32,000 nucleotides of DNA from the NCBI GenBank assembly GCA_035390665.1, contig DAOOUC010000006.1:17688-49687 (forward strand). Reading direction: 5' to 3'. The notes under the pieces were generated by a model. It ran no database searches, was not told the origin of the DNA, and worked only from the letters and a program-made list of their open reading frames with translations. The stretch is from an archaeon. GTDB lineage: Archaea > Iainarchaeota > Iainarchaeia > Iainarchaeales > CSSED10-239. Made by a program: the position numbers and the translations under genes. This document shows, one piece after another, positions 27,575-32,000 of this stretch. The first letter of the stretch is position 1. Every line of letters starts with the position of its first letter.

Positions 27575-28350
27575 TTAGTTACTTCTTCACAATTTAATAA
27601 ATCTAAATCATCTGGATTTATATCTGTTGTTGCTGGCCAGATTGCAAATGTTGCAATTGTTAAAAATTCTCTTTGTTCTGAAGCAGAGGATGTATATTTT
27701 ATAAAACTTAAAGGAACAGATGAAGAAAAAATTGTCGGAGATTTAGAAATTATTGATCTAACTTGTGAATATCCACCTTCTGGATCACAAAGATAATAAG
27801 TTTCTGGTTCATATGGATTTACAGAACAACTCATTGTTTTTGTCGGACCAGAAATACTTGTACATTGAAAATTTGTTAACTTAATCATAAAATAAAAAAA
27901 AGTATCATTATTCTGTGTTTGATCATAAAGATAAAATACATAATCGTGAGACTTTAAAGGATACATTGTTGCTTTCACTGTGTGGAATAAATTATATTTA
28001 GCAATATCATTATAGGTTGTTCCTAAAGTATTTATGTCTGTTGATCCAATTTTTCCATCAGCATAAAAATCCTGTTTTATTTGAGTCATTAAATAATCCG
28101 TTTCTCTTGCTTGACGAATATCTAAATTAAAATCTAAAGGAACAGATGTATAAAAGATTGTTCTTAATACTGAGTTTGTGTAATCTTTAAAATAAAGATC
28201 ATTTGATGCTTTTTCAATTCTTGTTCCGTATGTTGATGAATATCTAAATAACAATACAGATAAAGTTACAATTATTAATAAGAAAAATAAAGCATCTGTA
28301 ATTGCGGCTTGGCCTTTTTTACTTTTTAATTTATTTCCAAATTGTAACAT
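27571..28350 (-). CDS. type IV pilin-like protein
   Basis: KSKKGQAAITDALFFLLIIVTLSVLLF class III signal peptide; Cys-containing ectodomain. Confidence 0.75.
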   Translation of the reverse strand: MLQFGNKLKSKKGQAAITDALFFLLIIVTLSVLLFRYSSTYGTRIEKASNDLYFKDYTNSVLRTIFYTSVPLDFNLDIRQARETDYLMTQIKQDFYADGKIGSTDINTLGTTYNDIAKYNLFHTVKATMYPLKSHDYVFYLYDQTQNNDTFFYFMIKLTNFQCTSISGPTKTMSCSVNPYEPETYYLCDPEGGYSQVRSIISKSPTIFSSSVPLSFIKYTSSASEQREFLTIATFAIWPATTDINPDDLDLLNCEEVTN

Positions 28351-28834
28351 ATAACCACGCTGGCTCTACATAATATTCTTGTTGAACTGTAATAGGATAT
28401 CTATAAACAATAACTTCTTTTGTCATTAATACTGATGTTAAAGTATCAATATCTGTATTTCCACAGAAGAAAACCTTATCTGGACTTTCCCAATGTATTA
28501 TTAATGCATCTTCTGTAATGTCATTTACCTCAAAAACGTCATAATTTTCGGTGTTTAAATCTAAGGGCAAAGCAAAAGCTGTCCAATTGTATTTTGTATC
28601 CACTTTTGTACAGGTTTTAGAAAATGCATTATAGTCTGAAAATAATGGATCTTCTTTTATTATTCCAGAAATATTTATTGCATCATTTTTTAAAGAATAA
28701 TAATCTGTATTATTTCTATAAACATTATATGTACTTAAAAATACAGAAAAAAATATAGTTATACCTAAAAATATTGGAATTAAACTAGGGAGATCATCTC
28801 CTATTGCTCCTATATATCCTTTTTTATTTAACAT
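28331..28834 (-). CDS. type IV pilin-like protein
   Basis: MLNKKGYIGAIGDDLPSLIPIFLGITIFFSVFL N-terminus. Confidence 0.65.
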   Translation of the reverse strand: MLNKKGYIGAIGDDLPSLIPIFLGITIFFSVFLSTYNVYRNNTDYYSLKNDAINISGIIKEDPLFSDYNAFSKTCTKVDTKYNWTAFALPLDLNTENYDVFEVNDITEDALIIHWESPDKVFFCGNTDIDTLTSVLMTKEVIVYRYPITVQQEYYVEPAWLYVTIWK

Positions 28835-28838
28835 ATTA

Positions 28839-29528
28839 TCAACTTATGGGTATAGTGTTTGGCTCTACAAACAAATCAGGAATTGCATTTAGACAAAGTA
28901 TTTTTTGTTTTAAATCTTCTTCGACTAAGAAATTCTTACATTGATAAATTCCATTTTTCTTTAAACATGGAATTAAATAAATATTGGGAATTCCATTTTC
29001 TATTTTTTTAATAAATAAAATAGTTGTATCAATTGAACTTGCTTTTAATGGATCATAATTTACAGAAAAATTGGTATCATTTAATTTTATTTCACAACCG
29101 GTATTATTTGTACAATCAGATTCATAAAAATAAACATTTCCATTATAATCTATATCATAAGCAGCATAAATTTTTGGTTTGTATGATTTTCTATCAATTA
29201 TTGCTAACACTATTTTTTTTTGTTCGCTTCCTATGTCTGTATTAGTAGTAAAATTATGAGCTGAAACATTTAATTTATAATTTATACTAAATGCATCTGA
29301 TCCACCTGAGTTAGTATAAATCTTTTTAGGAATATCAATAAATTTTACTGTACAATAGCTATTACTTTCTATTCCAACTTTTAATTCTTTCCCGATTTTA
29401 TAAACTAATTCATAGCTTTGTCTTATTTTCATATTTGAATTTACTGCGCCCATAAAGAAAACAACAATTGCTGCAACAGCAGTAACAAAAATTAAAAGAT
29501 TTAATTTAGATAGAGCAAATTCAATCAT
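28839..29528 (-). CDS. pilin-like/minor pseudopilin-like protein lacking a clear KKG processing site
   Basis: N-terminal TM LLIFVTAVAAIVVFFMGAVNS, Cys-rich ectodomain, sits inside the pilin run. Confidence 0.55.
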   Translation of the reverse strand: MIEFALSKLNLLIFVTAVAAIVVFFMGAVNSNMKIRQSYELVYKIGKELKVGIESNSYCTVKFIDIPKKIYTNSGGSDAFSINYKLNVSAHNFTTNTDIGSEQKKIVLAIIDRKSYKPKIYAAYDIDYNGNVYFYESDCTNNTGCEIKLNDTNFSVNYDPLKASSIDTTILFIKKIENGIPNIYLIPCLKKNGIYQCKNFLVEEDLKQKILCLNAIPDLFVEPNTIPIS

Positions 29529-29530
29529 AA

Positions 29531-30130
29531 TTATATCCTATTTTTCTTTAAAAAACACATTTTACGGGACGCACCATAATCTTGTGAAGATCCAATCATA
29601 TATAATCTGTATTTTCCAGAAGTTATATTTGTTGAGATATTTGTGTCTGAAACTAAAGACCAATTTTCATATTCTGAATCTGTACTTATTATACAATTAT
29701 CTTTATATGTTTCATACTCTATGGCTGTTGGTAATTCAACACACAATGGTTGTATTGGCATATTTCTAGTTTTGCCATCATCATAAACATATTCTAGAAG
29801 AGTACATGTTTGTCCACCACCACAAAAAGCAGCACATCTTGTTGGACTTGCATATGTTTTAAGTGTTATTTTTTCAAACTTTTGATTAAAGCAAGGTCTT
29901 ACATCAAAACTAAGATTTTTTACTGTTAAATCAGAACCTAAAACTACATCTTTGATTGCTTCTTTAAACTCACTTAGTTCTTGTCTTTTATCTCCGATAC
30001 AAGTATTTTCAGAAAGATTAGTTAAAGCCCAAGTTCCTGCAACAATAACAAAACCCATAAGTATAACAGCGACTAAAACTTCAAAAGGAGCACTAGCTTG
30101 GCCTTTATTATTCATGCTAAATATATTCAT
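29531..30130 (-). CDS. type IV pilin-like protein with Cys-rich ectodomain
   Basis: NNKGQASAPFEVLVAVILMGFVIVAG; ectodomain with about ten cysteines. True start may be M6. Confidence 0.75.
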   Translation of the reverse strand: MNIFSMNNKGQASAPFEVLVAVILMGFVIVAGTWALTNLSENTCIGDKRQELSEFKEAIKDVVLGSDLTVKNLSFDVRPCFNQKFEKITLKTYASPTRCAAFCGGGQTCTLLEYVYDDGKTRNMPIQPLCVELPTAIEYETYKDNCIISTDSEYENWSLVSDTNISTNITSGKYRLYMIGSSQDYGASRKMCFLKKNRI

Positions 30131-30175
30131 ATTAGAAGAAATAATAGAAAAAGAATTTAAAAAGGAATTGTTTTT

Positions 30176-30418
30176 TTATTGTGTAGAAGTTGTTGGAGTA
30201 TTTGCTACCGTATTATTATTTGTAGCAACTCCTTGATTAGGAAGACTAGCAACATTTTGTTGATACTTCATAGACTTGTTAAACATAGGTTTAATTAAAG
30301 CAATAAGGACTATGCCCACTATTGCAACAATAATAAGCATATATAGAGTAGAAGCCCCATCTGCTTGAGCCCTATTATCCCTTAAAAGTTTTTTAAACTC
30401 TTGCTTTAATTTATTCAT
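30176..30418 (-). CDS. small pilin-like protein
   Basis: LLRDNRAQADGASTLYMLIIVAIVGIVLIALI with a Thr/Ser-rich tail. Confidence 0.65.
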   Translation of the reverse strand: MNKLKQEFKKLLRDNRAQADGASTLYMLIIVAIVGIVLIALIKPMFNKSMKYQQNVASLPNQGVATNNNTVANTPTTSTQ

Positions 30419-30430
30419 AGTTTTTCAAAT

Positions 30431-30976
30431 TTATGCTGATTTTTTTGCATAGATTAAACATAATGTTTCGTCTGTTATCTCTGATTTAGATGAAATGTCT
30501 ATATTACTAATTCTTTGATATGAATTATTTGAAGCATATGTTTCTTTTATAGTTTCTAATCCAGAATATCCTTCTTCAGAACAAACAATACAAACAGCAA
30601 TTCTTTTATCAGATGCGCCTGTATATGTAAGTATTGAATTACCTATTACTTGAAAATTCTCTACATTATCATATTCATTGCTTACTAATACCTGATATTG
30701 ACTTAAACCCGTATTCTTGACCATTGCTTCTGCACCAATAGATGTAGATCTTTTGAATTTGATTGCATCTGTACAATTAATTACACCTGGATAATTTAAT
30801 TGATTTTTTAATAAATTATTAGTTACTTGATCTGGTTTATCTGTACCAATATCTAATCCACCAATAACAGATATTAAAACTCCAAGTATTGCTAAAGCAA
30901 CAATTGCAGCAATTAATAACTGAAATGTTGAGGATGCTTGTCCTTTCTTATTTAATTTAAACATTTTTCTTTTCAC
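30431..30976 (-). CDS. type IV pilin-like protein (paralogous ectodomain A)
   Basis: KLNKKGQASSTFQLLIAAIVALAILGVLI; ectodomain alignable to the 31045-31890 product. Confidence 0.78.
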   Translation of the reverse strand: MKRKMFKLNKKGQASSTFQLLIAAIVALAILGVLISVIGGLDIGTDKPDQVTNNLLKNQLNYPGVINCTDAIKFKRSTSIGAEAMVKNTGLSQYQVLVSNEYDNVENFQVIGNSILTYTGASDKRIAVCIVCSEEGYSGLETIKETYASNNSYQRISNIDISSKSEITDETLCLIYAKKSA

Positions 30977-31044
30977 CTTTTCTATTTTTTATAAATATTA
31001 TATATAACAAAAATATATTACCATAATATATTTAAAGCTTATCT

Positions 31045-31890
31045 TTATGCTTTCTTTGGATAAACTAAACACAAGGTTTCTCGTTCTATATTTGAATCAA
31101 TAACCGTAGTTATTCCATATTCCTCCATTGCTTGCTGTAATCCGGTTTTTCCATTATCTGAACAAATAATACATACTTCCACATTCTTGTTTGAAGATCC
31201 CGTATATTTTAATATTTGTGAATTGGTTGATTCAAATCCTATCAAATTATCTAGATTATTTAAATATACTTGTGTGTTATCCAGCCCAGTATTTTTAATA
31301 ATGCTTTCTGCTATTAGAGAACTATTTCTTTTAAAAGTTACTTTGTCTGTACAATTTTCTACACCTGGATAATTAATTTGTTGTCTTAATAATTGTGCAG
31401 TATATACTGTCGGATTTTGACTACGTCTACTTGGTGCAGGCAATTGAGCTGAAATAATAAATAAAAGTAATAAACATGCTGTAATTATTAAAGATAAATT
31501 TACTTTGTGTTTATATACTCTTACTGATTTATTTTCTAACTTTTGTTCTAAGTCTTTATTGAATAAAGCAATAAATTCATAAATTACAGAAATAAATAGA
31601 ATTACTATAGCAAATAAAATACATATGCTTCCAAGATAAAAAACAAAAGGAACTAAATCATTTAATCCATTTGGAATATTAATTCCAAGAATCAATATAA
31701 TAAGAAATAATATTGGTAGACTTGCCATTATTAAAATTCCAATTATAATTTTAGTATTATATTTGTTATACTCTTCTTGAGATTCTTTAGGATCTTCTTT
31801 TTCTTCAGTTTTAGATATATTATTTTGTTTTTCAATAACAGAATCTAAATATTCTTCATCTTCTTTTTTTTGATCCTTCATTTTTTTCAC
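31045..31890 (-). CDS. membrane protein with cytosolic charged N-terminus, TM segments and the same ectodomain as 30431-30976
   Basis: Charged N-terminus, TM helices (IIIGILIMASLPILFLIILIL etc.), then INYPGVENCTDKVTFKRNSSL...VCIICSDNG...ETLCLVYPKKA. Confidence 0.75.
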   Translation of the reverse strand: MKKMKDQKKEDEEYLDSVIEKQNNISKTEEKEDPKESQEEYNKYNTKIIIGILIMASLPILFLIILILGINIPNGLNDLVPFVFYLGSICILFAIVILFISVIYEFIALFNKDLEQKLENKSVRVYKHKVNLSLIITACLLLLFIISAQLPAPSRRSQNPTVYTAQLLRQQINYPGVENCTDKVTFKRNSSLIAESIIKNTGLDNTQVYLNNLDNLIGFESTNSQILKYTGSSNKNVEVCIICSDNGKTGLQQAMEEYGITTVIDSNIERETLCLVYPKKA

Positions 31891-32000
31891 ATTTTTAGTA
31901 TTTTGGATAAATCTTGTAAAAACTAATATCCACCAATTATTAACAAAATTAAAATCACAAAGATAATTGAAAATATCAATTTAAACCAAATATTTGAAAT

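Noticed and set aside
26059-31372. Plus-strand ORFs 26059-26259, 29024-29245, 29584-29769, 29952-30236 and 31187-31372
   Set aside because: Antisense to the giant-protein and pilin-like genes, with low-complexity AT-driven peptides.
1-32000. CRISPR arrays, transposases, integrases, phage structural genes or restriction systems
   Set aside because: No regularly spaced repeats and no recognisable enzymes of these classes were seen in any frame. The only mobility hint is the tRNA-Tyr-derived direct repeat around the Fic gene.

Overview
AT-rich, gene-dense window that reads as a DPANN-type archaeal chromosome (Woesearchaeota/Pacearchaeota-like; the lineage is inferred). Archaeal evidence: a tRNA-Tyr with C1:G72 and a 54-nt intron at 37/38 flanked by a foldable bulge-helix-bulge motif, several proteins with class III (type IV pilin-like) signal peptides, and small compact genes with frequent overlaps. 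RNA genes: three clustered tRNA-Ala genes (anticodons CGC, AGC, TGC), the intron-containing tRNA-Tyr, and a compact RNase P RNA. Recognisable proteins: HD phosphohydrolase, fused bacterial-type CoaD-CoaE, thymidine kinase, Fic-domain protein, histidine phosphatase, HTH protein, radical SAM protein, DEAD-box helicase, GNAT, DUF1003, PLP (ornithine/DAP) decarboxylase, CGHC thioredoxin-like protein, and class II LysRS. The best candidate for an undescribed system is 21110-31890 on the minus strand. It holds a 1707-aa secreted, C-terminally anchored protein, a six-gene run of pilin-like proteins with KKGQA-type signal peptides and cysteine-rich ectodomains, and a paralogue carrying the same ectodomain on a different membrane anchor. 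Other notable items are an A34 tRNA-Ala(AGC) that should not occur in archaea, and a Fic gene flanked by an exact 14-nt direct repeat that includes the 3' end of tRNA-Tyr.
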